NCBI GenBank assembly: GCA_030141605.1
Contig: JAQGDQ010000269.1
Span: 247,541-311,540 of the forward strand
Length of the DNA: 64,000 bases
Direction of reading: 5' to 3'
DNA from: Tubiluchus corallicola
Lineage: Eukaryota; Animalia; Priapulida
The notes under the pieces were generated by a model, which saw only the letters and a list, made by a program, of their open reading frames with translations, was not told the origin of the DNA and did not search any database. Both the position numbers and the translations under genes were made by a program. Position 1 is the stretch's first letter. Every line of letters starts with the position of its first letter. Below are positions 25,901 through 38,700 of the stretch, one piece after another.

Positions 25901-27330
25901 TTCATTCTCAATTTACCATCTTGTTGTAAATCTCACCCGAAGTTTACATTAGCAAAGTTAATTCAGCAGAAAAGTAGAGCGCGTCTGTCTAGTCGCTGGC
26001 TTATTGGCTTTGCTGCTGTGATGGTCGGTAGAAACTGGTACGTCGTAATCGATAGTTTGCACTGCTGGTGATCTAGGCATGATTATGAAATTCGGTATTT
26101 GTTGGTTGAGATACACTTAGGCTTTAATCGTTTAGTGGATCGGTTTTGCACGATTGATACCTTTAAACCGATTTTATATAAATTTATATCATTTACGGCA
26201 ACGGCAAAAGTGGCGTCGATGTCTTTCAAGTAGCGCATCTTCGTTTATCTGTTAGGAACCGCAGTAAAGTGATTTATCCAGCAAATTATTTGTTCTTTTG
26301 TAGTTGAACGTATTTATGCAAAATCAATACTTTTGCCATTCATTAAATGAATCGCTTTAATCACAGTCATGAATGGTGATTGATAATTTACAGTTATTAT
26401 GTAGACTGCTTTTCAAAACTGCTGCGGATACGTTACAATAACATATGGCTGTACCTAAGTAAGATCTAGAATGGGAGTTTGTGCATGTCGAAGTTAGTTG
26501 ATTAGTTCGATTTTCATATTTTGAACGCAGATCTAAGTGTAGCGGTGCAAGAAATAATAAAGGTTTTTTTGGAATGTACAGCAATTTTTGCTAGGTGCGT
26601 TTGGTTCAGTGTAAGCTCGACTGGATTTATAATGAATATATAAAGTAACTATTTTGTGCATGTATGGCGAGAACAGCACACTAAATTTTCCGTTTCTCAT
26701 TTCTGCATCTACCGGCCACTTCTTTTCGTGCCCTCTAACTTCCCCATACATGTGAATACACCTTTACGTAGGACTAGTCTAGTCGTCATCGCTTTCTGAG
26801 ATTGTGCGTTAATGTTTAGCAAATTTTCTGTGATTATTCACGCAGTTTGAAAAGTTGAAATTTTGGGTTTGTTTTACTACGTCGCCAAGATATGACTATG
26901 GCATGCGTTTCAGCTTTGTCATAATTATGCAATAGCATTACCTATGCGACATTACTTTCGGGGTGTGGGTTGTTCTATTTATAATAGACCGACAAAACCT
27001 CCAGTTATAATAACACGTTGTTGTCGCACGTTCGTTGTGCAAAAACTTCGCTTCTTAAGATTGGTTTAACACCAAATTTGACTCACCTACGCCATGTCTG
27101 GATCCGGAATTGTACCGCCAAGTCGTCGAAGTCGAAACCGAAAACATGTAAGAGATTTTTTATGCAGGCTTTAATATTAAACAAATTACTTTATTTAAAT
27201 TCTTTGAAAGGGGGCTCTCGAGATTCTTTCTCGAGCTGCAGTTGTTAATTTTTAAATGAAATCTGGTTGCCACGTAAATTTGTAATCTTAATTTCAAGGT
27301 TATTTAATAAAGGTAAAGCCTACCTACAAT

Positions 27331-27593
27331 TTTATTCAATTTTTAAAATCAAATTTGCTTCAAGCACAAAGGAGTTATGAAAAAGGTGGGACTATGTGTG
27401 GATTTGAACCACCGCTCTTTTGGTTACAGTTTCAGTATTATGAACACTAGGGTACTTAGTTTGGTGAGCACAGTCTAATGGTCATAGAGTTGAACATGTT
27501 ATCCAAAAGTTCGTGGTTCAAATCCAGGCGTAGAATGGATTTTTTCAGATGTCCTCTTTTGTGTTGAAGCGCGTTGGTTTGAAAAGTTCAATA
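27331..27593. mobile_element. Palindromic element made of two inverted tRNA-like (B-box) arms
   Basis: GGATTTGAACCAC at 27400 pairs with GTGGTTCAAATCC at 27513; GCTTCAAGCACAAAGGAG pairs with CTCTTTTGTGTTGAAGC. Confidence 0.6.
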
Positions 27594-28723
27594 ATTAGGT
27601 ATCATTAAATATTATATTCTATTATTGAAAGATTCGTGGTCAGTGTTTCGTTCAAAAATATTGAAGATTGCTTTAGATCATAATCCAGTGGACTATTCAG
27701 TATGTAAATCCAAGCAAAAAGGAGCTTGATTATTAATTCATTGTTGTACATCTATTAGCTGCAGCAGTTTTTGTGCTTCATCTATACCAAACTATTTATA
27801 ATAGCCATAGTTTATCAAACTGTTTCCATGCGATTTTTCTTGAACCTCTTCTGTGCGCATGTAAATTTGCAATTCACATAAAAAGTTCACTAACACAAAA
27901 ATCTCGTTTTTTTACACATTTTCCGTTTATCTTAACACATTTTCTCTGATATTCCTACAAGTTTACTGCCTGCGAAAACATGTTATTCCGGATCAGATTA
28001 CAGCTACTGTTCTCAGCACGTGTTACTAATAATCTTGAGGCGCCCACGAAATGAGATAAATGCTCTGTAAAGCTATGATAGCTGCTATTATAGCAGTGCA
28101 AATGAATTGGTAATAGCTTTTGGCACGATTTTCCCATTACTGAAATGTTGTACGTGCTTTTGTGGTAAATTATCATCGCCACTAGCTGTTTAAAAGCATC
28201 GTGTCGTCGTTGTGAAATTTACGATGTGATCAGTCATGACTGCAAAAAATAGATCAGTTCTTTTACTATGATGAAAATATTTCGCTCAACCAAAATGACG
28301 CCGAGTATGACTTAAATTTTGTTTTAAACATGTATTTATTTTAGTCAAAAAAAGATCTACAGTATTAACGTCACATTTATAAAAGAAAACAAGAAATGAA
28401 ATAGTCCATTAAGACAGAAAGTGAGAAGGACTTGTACGTTTTAAAGCCCTCTGGACAGACTGAAATTTTCAAGTACCATTTAACATTATTTACTATCAAA
28501 TACCATTTAACATTATTTAAATATTAACATACATGTTTTAATTCCAGCTGATCCTGACATAGTTCAATATTTTGTTTATAATTTTAGTTAAATGCAATTT
28601 GTTCGCTAGAAAAGGGAGCAATCATTTGTGCACCTTTGTGTCATAACAAATGCTGATTAGTGTTTTAATTAATTTTGTAATTTAGTGATGAAGTTAAAAT
28701 TAGGGTTAAAGTTGCCTAATATA

Positions 28724-28945
28724 CCGATTATCCTACAGGGCCCTCAAGTTTTAGCGAAATTTGGTAAAAAAATCTGTTTTTTATTACGGTTGTGTGGAAA
28801 TATGTGCTAATTTCCAATTAGTTTACTTCAAGCTATGTAAATGTCACTAAAATATATCACAAGTAAAAGATATTCAGGACAGGTGCTTGCCAGTTAAAGG
28901 GTGGCTCCGTCTGAGGGGGCCCCAAAAGTTCATAACCCGGCCCTG
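28724..28945. mobile_element. hAT-like MITE remnant; inverted relative at ~58720-58855
   Basis: Ends in CCCGGCCCTG with CAGGGCC near the left end; CTAATATA on both flanks (possible 8-bp TSD); GGCTCCGTCTGAGGGGGCCCCA versus TGGGGCCCCTCAGGCGGAGCC. Confidence 0.55.
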
Positions 28946-29704
28946 CTAATATAGTATTTGCCCATATAGACTTGTCTATTACATGCTAGTGTATCATGTT
29001 TTTAGAAGACATTCTCTTATTACTGCAATAAAATATGATATGAAGGGGAAAAGTTTGCTGAATCCTCAAAATTATCTCGAATCTCACCTAAAGCTGTTAA
29101 ATTTGCCTGCCAATGATTTAATTTTAAATCAACACAGGTGGCACCGCTATTCGATAGTATATGTATAGTACATTTCATTTCCTCTGAACACTGAAGTTTT
29201 TGTTCCTGTTGATTTATGAGCAGTTTTGCACAGTTGATTACCTTGAATTTGCGTTTTTTCATGAGAATTTACGCATGTAAATTTGATAGCATACTGCGTG
29301 CAACATGCAGTTACGTGCTCCACGAAAGCTGTCATTCTGGTTACGGGTTTAGGCAACTTCCATTTGATGTGTGAGTGGTTTGGAATTTCTGTATGTATAT
29401 GAATATATAAATAAATATATATATATATATATATATTTTATTTATATGTGCGTATGTTAATTCTTTATTTGTCATTAAACATAGAGAATGAATGATGGAA
29501 CGGGGATAGGTTTATTTATTATGAAAAGTGTTAGGACTAATGCATTTTATCAAGCCTTCTGTTGGAAACCACTTTCTTTAGCAACGTCTAAATCACCTTA
29601 TTTTGCTGTTACGCGTGTATCAACTGTTTTCTGTGTCCGCGTTGCTCGACGGCAGTGTTTTTAAGTCATATATTTCTGAAAAAAATTTTGGTGGTTTTTT
29701 CCAG

Positions 29705-29773
29705 AGACAAGGAGTTGTGGAACCACCCATTCCCGACTTTGAAGACGACTTTGATGAATTTGGACATTTTGAG
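29705..29773 (+). CDS. CCDC91: CCDC91-like exon with acidic-Phe (DFDEFGHFE) GAE-binding-type motif
   Basis: TTCCAG| acceptor, GAG|GTGGGT donor. Confidence 0.75.
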
Positions 29774-32700
29774 GTGGGTCTTAGAATTTTAATGCACTCA
29801 AGTACCTACAGATGACCGATTAAATCAATGATTTTTGAAAAATAAAAATTTTACCAACACAATTATAATAATTATTTTGCACATTGAAAGTAATATTATA
29901 GCTGAGTAGTTAGACATGAGAATCTAGACTTGCTTCGACCATGCTGGTTGATAGCTGAAGTGGCTAGAATATTTGGCAATTTTTCAAAGCTTTCTTCCTT
30001 CTACATTTGACTGCTGAGTACTAGACTTGTTAAATTTAAATTGGACATGCCTTACAATTTGACTTGATATCCTATTTTAATCCTTATTAAAAATTACCAT
30101 TCATGTGGACATATGTGAAGTGGGCTTGTTGGGACATTTCCCTGGGGTTTTATTTCTAGATATGTACGGTCTTCCTGGAAAAAACATTCCCTTAATCCAA
30201 CTGGTAGCCCTTCATTTTGGTAGAGGTATTTGTAAAAGAGATCTTCATCATTGTTTGGCCCGGTTTCTCCTCCTTCCAAAGGTTTATAAATTTCCCTCAA
30301 AAACCCGTACCAAGCAGTAAGACCTTTTTCTACATAGTGTTCCTGTTGGAACGTTGGATGAAAATTTCCAGAAATTGCCATTTTTGTTCATTGCCAGAAA
30401 AACGTGTTAGTGGGTGCTCAGTGGTTTGGCGGAAGATCTATAGCTCTTTGGAAATGATGTGGGTCTTTTTTTTACAAATGTCTTTAACGGAATGAATGGT
30501 TGTGGCTAATTTGAGGAAACGCTTTTCTCGACGACCCTTCAGAAGACACAGTTTTCAGTTCAAGATGTCCACTTTTAGGCAGCATTCATTCATTTTCTGG
30601 GATTGAAACATTAGATATTATGTATAAACTACGCTGTGCTGATTCGTCCTCCCATTAAGTGGGACCCCAGTGGCTTCTCAAGCATGTGTGTAAGTTGGTT
30701 CACAAGTCTTTGGCATGGCTTCAAATGAAAACCTTCTGTGCCGCAGTGCCAAAATAACCTCCCCGGATTCATCCACTGCGCTGCGCTGTACATTATGGAT
30801 GTTAGAAGCTGCTCGCATTCTTGTGTCAGAGTTTGACTGGTGTGAGCGCGTGTGTGCGTTCATTAAATTCTCATTGGAAACCTAGATTCTGTTAGAGTGG
30901 CTAGTTCATCGGTGAGTGAGTGTAGGTTTGACCTTGAATAAATATTGGTCGGAGTCACTGTGTGCCATGTCTACAATTTTTTTATATTAAGGTGTACATT
31001 GCTAAATGTCGCTGTGTATTTACAGCGTACGCAATTGGCTGTTTTGTTTATCGTTTTCCTTACTATGGAAACTAAACGCATTTTGCTGGCATCTGTGTTA
31101 AGTCACTTTTCAAGCACTCTAAGGAAATTTTGTCATAGCTTTGGGCATGTTGCCTTGTTGACATGTTACATTACTATGTCCAGGGGCGACAGAAGATTTT
31201 TAACAGTGGTCATTTGTTGTGTTTTATTCGCCTTGTGTGTGGTTTTCGTATATATTTGGCATGGTGCCAGGGTTTAACGTGTTTGCATGCCTTATAAGCT
31301 AATTAGCGTCCGTTTTCACTTTGTTTAATACTCAAACGATATCATTTTCGTCTTCTTTTGATTTGCTTTTTTGTTTAAGTATGAACCTGTTTTCAAAATT
31401 TTGGCTGATTAAAATCTATGTTTCTATATTTTTCTACCTCGTCAGTTGCCATCTAGAATTGGTAGCTAGCTTACTTGTGCTCATATTTGACGATCATTTC
31501 ATATTATTTTAAAGTTTTGTTAACCAGAAGCACTTTATTGCATATGTGTTTTTATTTTAAAATTTTAATTAGAACATCCTACTTTGTCGATATAATTAAT
31601 TATTTGGCATTTAGAAAACAAATGGTGAGCGATGTGATACCACATCAAAAATCTTTGTTGAACTAGAACGTTCCTCAGCTCCTACTCAAGTTTTTATCTT
31701 GTTTCAAACTTCAAAGCAGCCTCTTGGCAAAGCAAACATTTGCTGTTTTGACAAGTCGACTATCAATTCAGTTGGTTGGGCATTAAAACGTATCGCCCAA
31801 AACTGCGTTTCATTTTGGCTTTATTTATTTTTTTGGAAACTGGATTAAGCAGAAAAATTAGACGTTTAATGAAATTCTTAAGTGATGAATATGATGCAAA
31901 AAATAACAGTTTGTGAATTTTGTGTGGAGAAATAGCCAAGTAATTGAGGCATGTCAGTATATTGTTAGCTGCAAAGTTAAGCAATGCCTTGCCTGATTGT
32001 AAATGCTTGGTGATTGCCATGACAAATCTTGTATTCTCATGCTTTCTTTGCCCTGTGGTTACTTCTGTTGTTAGTGAGAGAGATGTATGTCTGTCAGTGC
32101 CAGAATTTCACCTTAGAGGTTTAGGGGATTACCTTCGCTAGTGACCTAGGGTCTGCTCCAGCCACATTACCATTTATGAGTAGCACTAAGCTTTTCCAGT
32201 GAGTCCTTGATTTTTGCTTCTGATGTTCCAAAGCAAATAATGAAGAAATCCTCGTTTAAAAAGCTTTAAAACAGTAAAAGTTTATATATTCTAGTTGTTA
32301 GCCTAAGACAGTTTTACTGTATCATGGTATCATTTCATTTGCCTGTTACTAGTAAAATTACTTATCATACTCACTGAAAACTAGCAGCATTATAGTCTCA
32401 AAAGGGGAATTAATTATAAGATAATAGCTATATCTGATTAGTGTTTATTTTTTATTTGTTTTTTCCAGAGTGCTGATCCTATGGAACAGTCTGAAGCCCA
32501 GCCATTGCCAGATTCTTTAGCACATTCGAATCCGTGGGCATCAGCCTTCTCATCTCAGTTTCCAGGATTCAAAGGTAGCAAGAAATATTACAGCCCTTGA
32601 TTTGACTTTGGGGTCATACACATATCACGATATCAAGTTTCAGCTGATTTCAAGGACCTATCTTGTTTTATAATGGCATTTCCAGGTATCCTGTCACTTA

Positions 32701-35700
32701 TCTACACTAAACGCGATATCGTTATATGTGGACATGTTAGTTTTTCTATTATTCTGTGTAACTGTCATGGAGCGCATTCACAGAGAGCTACATAAGTGCA
32801 TTTACGCAAAAAGTCACACTCTTTGTTATCATGTCATACCTGAGAGGTAACAGAAACATTGAGGTTTTAGCCTACACCTTTCTAACAGGTTCAAGCAGTT
32901 TTAATGACTTCTTGTACTGTATTCCTGTAAATTAGTAAATCGTATTAAAAAGGGAAGCTTTGTAAATGCTTCACATCACACTAGGCTGCTAATTATATCT
33001 TAACTTGTCGTGATAATTTTGCTAATATTTTCTTAGATAATTTTCTTTGATCAGTAACTAGTAGGATTAATTATTAGGATTACCTAATAATTTGAGTAAT
33101 TGATATTAATGTCATTTAATCAGATAATAATAATAATATGATACTAGCACAGCTACTGTAACTTGATAAAAATCACATGTAGATATTGTTAACAGTATGG
33201 CCCTGTAAATAGAGGATGCACATGTACTTATTTTTTGAACAAGGTGAAAGCTTGACAATATACTAAATAATATTCGTACCTCTGTATTATGTATATTTGA
33301 GGTGTAATGTTACATTAATTTTATATTACTTTTACATTTTGATTACACTGCAAACTAATTTACTTTCTATCTGCCATCACATCATTTTGCATGTGCGGAA
33401 AGTGTTGACAGCTTATTTTTGGGGAAATTTTTGAAAGTATCCTAATTCCGTCTGTACATTCTTAGGACAGGTATCTCCCGGAGGCACCCCTCTGCCTACA
33501 GACTATAACCAACCCGAACAAAACGACATGTATTACGGTGGCACACAGCATGGTCAACAACGGGGCAGTCCAAGTGCTTATTATGGCAGTCCTGGAATGA
33601 CACAGAACTATGGTCATGCAAATACGCACTATAGTTATTCGCCAGAGCAGCGGTCAACTGGCCGCTTGAATCCATCGCCGGCAGTTCTAGATTTGGAAAA
33701 AGATGTTTTAGAATCTGCTCAGGTAATATCTTCAGCCAGTTCTTTTATTGCGATTCAACTCCTTCTAGGCCTTTTCACGAGTATTTAGGTATTGTAGGAT
33801 GATAATCTACCTACAACCACACTCGACCACGTATAGTCCAGTGTTAAGATTTGCATCTCAATTCATTTAGTCTTGTTATACGTGTTATTTTTATACATTT
33901 TTCACCTTCACATTCTATAATCTGTCTAAGTTGTTTCCAGATATACCATTTTTTTAACTCTAAATACTGATTCAGAGTTGTAAGTGTAAGATCTTTAGTA
34001 CCCCCAATAATCTTCACGTCGATCATGCACATGAAATTCCGTGCAGTAAATTTTATTTAAAACAAAACTAGGTTGGTAGACATTACAGAAGCCAGAGTAG
34101 TTTATGAGTGTCAGAGAAATATCTTATTACGGGTAAAAAGCAGAAGAGGTTGTCATTGTAGAGCAGCTAACTTTTTCCTTTTTGAACTTAAAGGCCTATA
34201 TAACCCCAACAAACATTGAAGTTTTTTAATGCATTATTATGATTACACAAAGAATTCATATGTGTTATTAAACAAAAGAAATTTATAAATCGAATAACTT
34301 ACCTTTTTCTGGTGAATTTCGAATGCGTCATTGCCTTAAAGATAATCATGTTTCGCATCTTTGGTGCGAGTGAGCAAGAATGACGTACGAGGTTCAGAAA
34401 GCGTCTTTGGTAACCGATGTTTGTTTACCGATCTTTGGTGACTTCATGGCTGTACTCATAACGTCATTCGTCTCGCGCAACGAAAAATGGCCGTTCTTCA
34501 AATTTTAACACTGTTAACAACGAGGTGATAAAGAATCAAAAGAAACAAGTTTTACAGTAAGTTTATAATAAAATAAATAGAATATTCATGATGAGATTTA
34601 AGTTGTAAGAGTTTATATTGTAATGGGGGGGGGTTAGTTTGACTTTAAATATTTGCATTATGATCCTTGGATAGGGCTTTTTGATTTTCTTTATTTATTT
34701 ACAGGCAATAAGAGACTTGAGTTCATCTTATGGGAGCCAGAATAGGAGTAAGCCACCCATCTACCCTCATTCCTCCTCCGGCCAATATTCTCCTTCTTCT
34801 GCCCATCAGGGGCTACGAGTGGGTGGTCGACCATTGAGTGGCGGTGATGCAGCTCGAATGTCGCCTACTCGTTACGAAGAACAGCCTCCTCCGCGCCCTC
34901 CTCCACCCGTCATGATGGAGGAACCAATTCAGGCGCGAGAACGCAGAGACGTGCATAGTGAACTGCCCATCTCAACTGCTGCCCCGTATGTTCCGGTTGA
35001 ACAGCCTGGCCAGGCATCGCCACAAGGGTCTCAGAAAGAGCAGGCATGGTACATGCATTCTGCTGGCTCTCCCCAAACTGTCCCTCAGGAACCGCGTGCC
35101 AGAGCACCCACACCCACTGGAGATGTGCTGTCACTGAAAAAGGTACATTTCATTTGTGTTGCTGTGAGCCATTTTGCAAAATATCAGGCTATAGATATAT
35201 AATTGTAACTGCAGAAATAGTTTTGATGATAATGTTAATTCATAACAGGTAGTGTTCCATTGACTATGCAGACTGTAAATAACAGATTCACATTATGGTA
35301 CAAACCCACAATTAATTGAATTTTCAAACCAAACTTAAAAAGTGGAAAGTGTGAAAAAGTTGAAACGTGGTCTGGATTTGAACTGGGGCAGATGCCATGA
35401 CTGGATGCAGACACCCAGCGATCATGACAGCCCTAAACAAACAGCTGTGATTTTGTCTGTTTAGTTTGTGTTTTTAGCTTTAGTAGTCAGCCCAAGCATC
35501 AATAGGCCAAAGTGATTAAAACCGTCAAAATTTGGGTTTGAAAATATAATGCAGCAGTAGAAATCTAAATCTGAGTTTTTATGGTCTTTCATGCCATTAG
35601 AAAAGAGTTCTAGGAGCCCTAATGTTTGTCGATCCATTCGATGATTTCGTAGTACCTTTTACCTTTATTTGTGACGAAACTAACAATTCTAGTGGTTTGC

Positions 35701-38700
35701 AGCAAATAATGAATTTGACGGAGGAGAACCTACGGCTAGTCCAGGAGCTTGCAGACATGCAGAAGGAGCTAAAAGAACAAGAAGAGAAGTATAACGCTGT
35801 GAAAGCCCAACAGGAGTCACAGTTAGAGGATATGAGGCAAGCTGGTCATAATGCACTAGCAATGGTAGTCGAGGAGTACAAGGTACGGATATGGCTGGAA
35901 TACCAAAAAAAAATTATTCAGTTTTACCAGTTACAGATTTTAGTAATCTACTTTTCATGCAATTACCAGGAATAATGGTGCATATTACTGTGCGAGACAA
36001 TAGATGGCAGTTAATGGAATTTGATAACACAGTTGTTCTGATACTTCGCACATTCACCATTGTCCAAATATTGATTGATTAGATTTGATTTGATTTGATT
36101 AGGTTATTTTCATTGTAGCATGAAAGCCATGCAAAAACATTATATGGGGGGAGCTAATAAAACACAATATCAACTGCATAACTAATATGAGTCAGTAAAC
36201 AATCTGCAATACGACAACCTTTCAATTTAACAGAAGAGGCAACCCCATGCATTACACCAGGTTTAGGTTGGAATTTTTGTCAATTGGTGAGAAGGAAATT
36301 TAGCATGTTGTCATTTCTTATACGTAGAAGTATTATGAGTGAACAAGATTTGGCACAAAGTGTACAAATTTTATGTTTGAGCAATAGATATTTTCTATAA
36401 AGTTTTTTTTGATCAAAAAAGGGCAAGATGCTTATCTAGAACATTTCGACAACAAAGCAAAAAACAATTGCCTATTCAATATTTTCTGCAATATTTTCAG
36501 CTCTAATTAGAAACAAAAAGGAAAAATTTGTGCTCAAGCTACCCCTGACACAAGGTAATGATAGTTCAATTGTCAACCAACATCGTTATCAGCAATAAAA
36601 CAGAATTTTGACTACTTTGCAGGAATTGTGCAGGACTTCCGTACTCCAACAGCAAGAAGAGACGATGCAAAAGGCAAAAGAGATTCTTGTGAAAGAAGCC
36701 GAGACGCTCCGCCAGGCAATCGATGATCAGGAACACAACTTGAAGATAGACTTGGAAGCAGACAGGTTGAAAAACGAGGAACGACTCAAACAAGCTTTAG
36801 AGGAAGCTCGCAAAGATCAACAGGTGAATACCTGTATTAGTTATAAGGTGTCTGTGTCATCTTGCCTGCTTATTTTTGACCCTACCTTTTACTTTATTTG
36901 CTCATTTAGCTAATTTATTCCGTTTTATCGTAAACTGCACATCTAGCTATTTTGGTTTGATTTTACTTTTTTATCTGAGAGCATCCCTGAGCTAGGAGAA
37001 CACTCCTGATTTTTTTGTTGTTATGCATCAAGTTTTCTTGGGCATCCATTTTTAATTCAAGTTAATTCAGAAAGACAAAAGGCTAGGGTCACAAAACTGC
37101 AGGGTAGACATGTGGGATAGAGGCATGGACAATGGTATTGTCAGATGGTGAGCTCAGCCAAAGAGATCAAATACACTGGACTTAGGTTATTTTTTGTTTA
37201 ACATTGAATAACTTCAGTAACATAGTATGTAGAGTCACAAAACTTGCATGGAAAACACCTGGAGTAGGGGCTCAGACAGTGGTGTAGGTTCTTTTAATAA
37301 GCTGTTATTTGAGCAAAAAATGTGAAAATTAGGGCAAACTGCTCAGCTGCACATGAGTTAACTACACTGTACCAGGCATAGTCACGTGATAATAATTCAC
37401 ACTGGTAAGTCAAACATGAGAATAATACATGAGTAAACCGTATGGGATTAAAGCGCAGTCAAGTGATAAGCACAATTGCGGGTTTGAATCTGAACTAATT
37501 CGGTCTTCTGTTGTTTTAAGTAACTGGAATTGCTTTCCAAATTCCAGATTAAGATAGGAATGCTTTAAAAAGGAGTTCATTGAGGAGTTCTATGTTAGGT
37601 ACATAGCAGCAGTATTACATTCCTGTGATTTGTACAACTGCTTCAGAACTGACTGATTTCATCTTTAACTGAGTTTAAATTTGACTTATGGTTTCACCTT
37701 TAGAAATATCTAGTCATAATATCTTCATTGAGGAAAGTTTTCACTGAATGATGTTAGCGTACATTGTATTAATTTGACACTTAATTGTAACTCTTAAAGA
37801 CCAACTCAGTAACTGACAATTGAGATGCCACTTTACTTAATGTTTTGAAAAAACATTGACTGCGACAGACACCCGGTCATGACCGGACATTAACATTTCA
37901 CTACAGCAGGGGTGTGGAAACTGCGGCCCGCGAAGAGGTTTGTCAACCCAATGAAAGTGCGGCCCAGCGATGAATTGAGTTGCAAGTATCAGAAAGATAT
38001 TTCTAGCTGAAGTTTGCGATCACAAAGATAGTGTGGTAGTTTTTTTTCCACCAGAACGGATAGCATCAACCCTTACAAGACGGTTGTCATTAAATGTCAC
38101 TGTCGGACATGACGAAATTTAACTTTACTCACTTGGAACACAAAAAAGTGATGTAATCACAGAACACAGCAAACTACCACGAAAGCTACCACTGAAACGC
38201 TCAAATGTGCAAGAAATGTGAAAAGTAATCTGATTGGCTTGTAGGAAGACCAACCAGCCAATCTCTGGGCTTCTATTATTGGACTGGTTGATCATTTTGA
38301 CTTGGTTGTTTTACAAAATAAATTATAAATAAAATTATAAAATAACCAAGTCAAAATGGTCTACCTGCTATTACCAAGAAGACGACTGGGCAGATCAATA
38401 TGAATTTAGCCAGCAAGCTGAAAAAGTGAGGTCGCCCCTGATATGGGGGATTCCTGGATTTTAGTTTCTGCTTAGGCTCAGTAATGCATACCTTGATCAG
38501 TAGCTGTTTGATCATTTTATCAGGTGTAGTATTCTTATAGATCATAACATGGATAAGAAAAAGAGGACGATTGAAGAACATTGAGTGTTTCAAGACAGAT
38601 TAATATGCACTATACTACACAGACTGTGTGATCCACTATACTAATATGCATTGCAATAAAATTACCACTATCTGACATGAAAGTTGAAATCTATGGTTTT

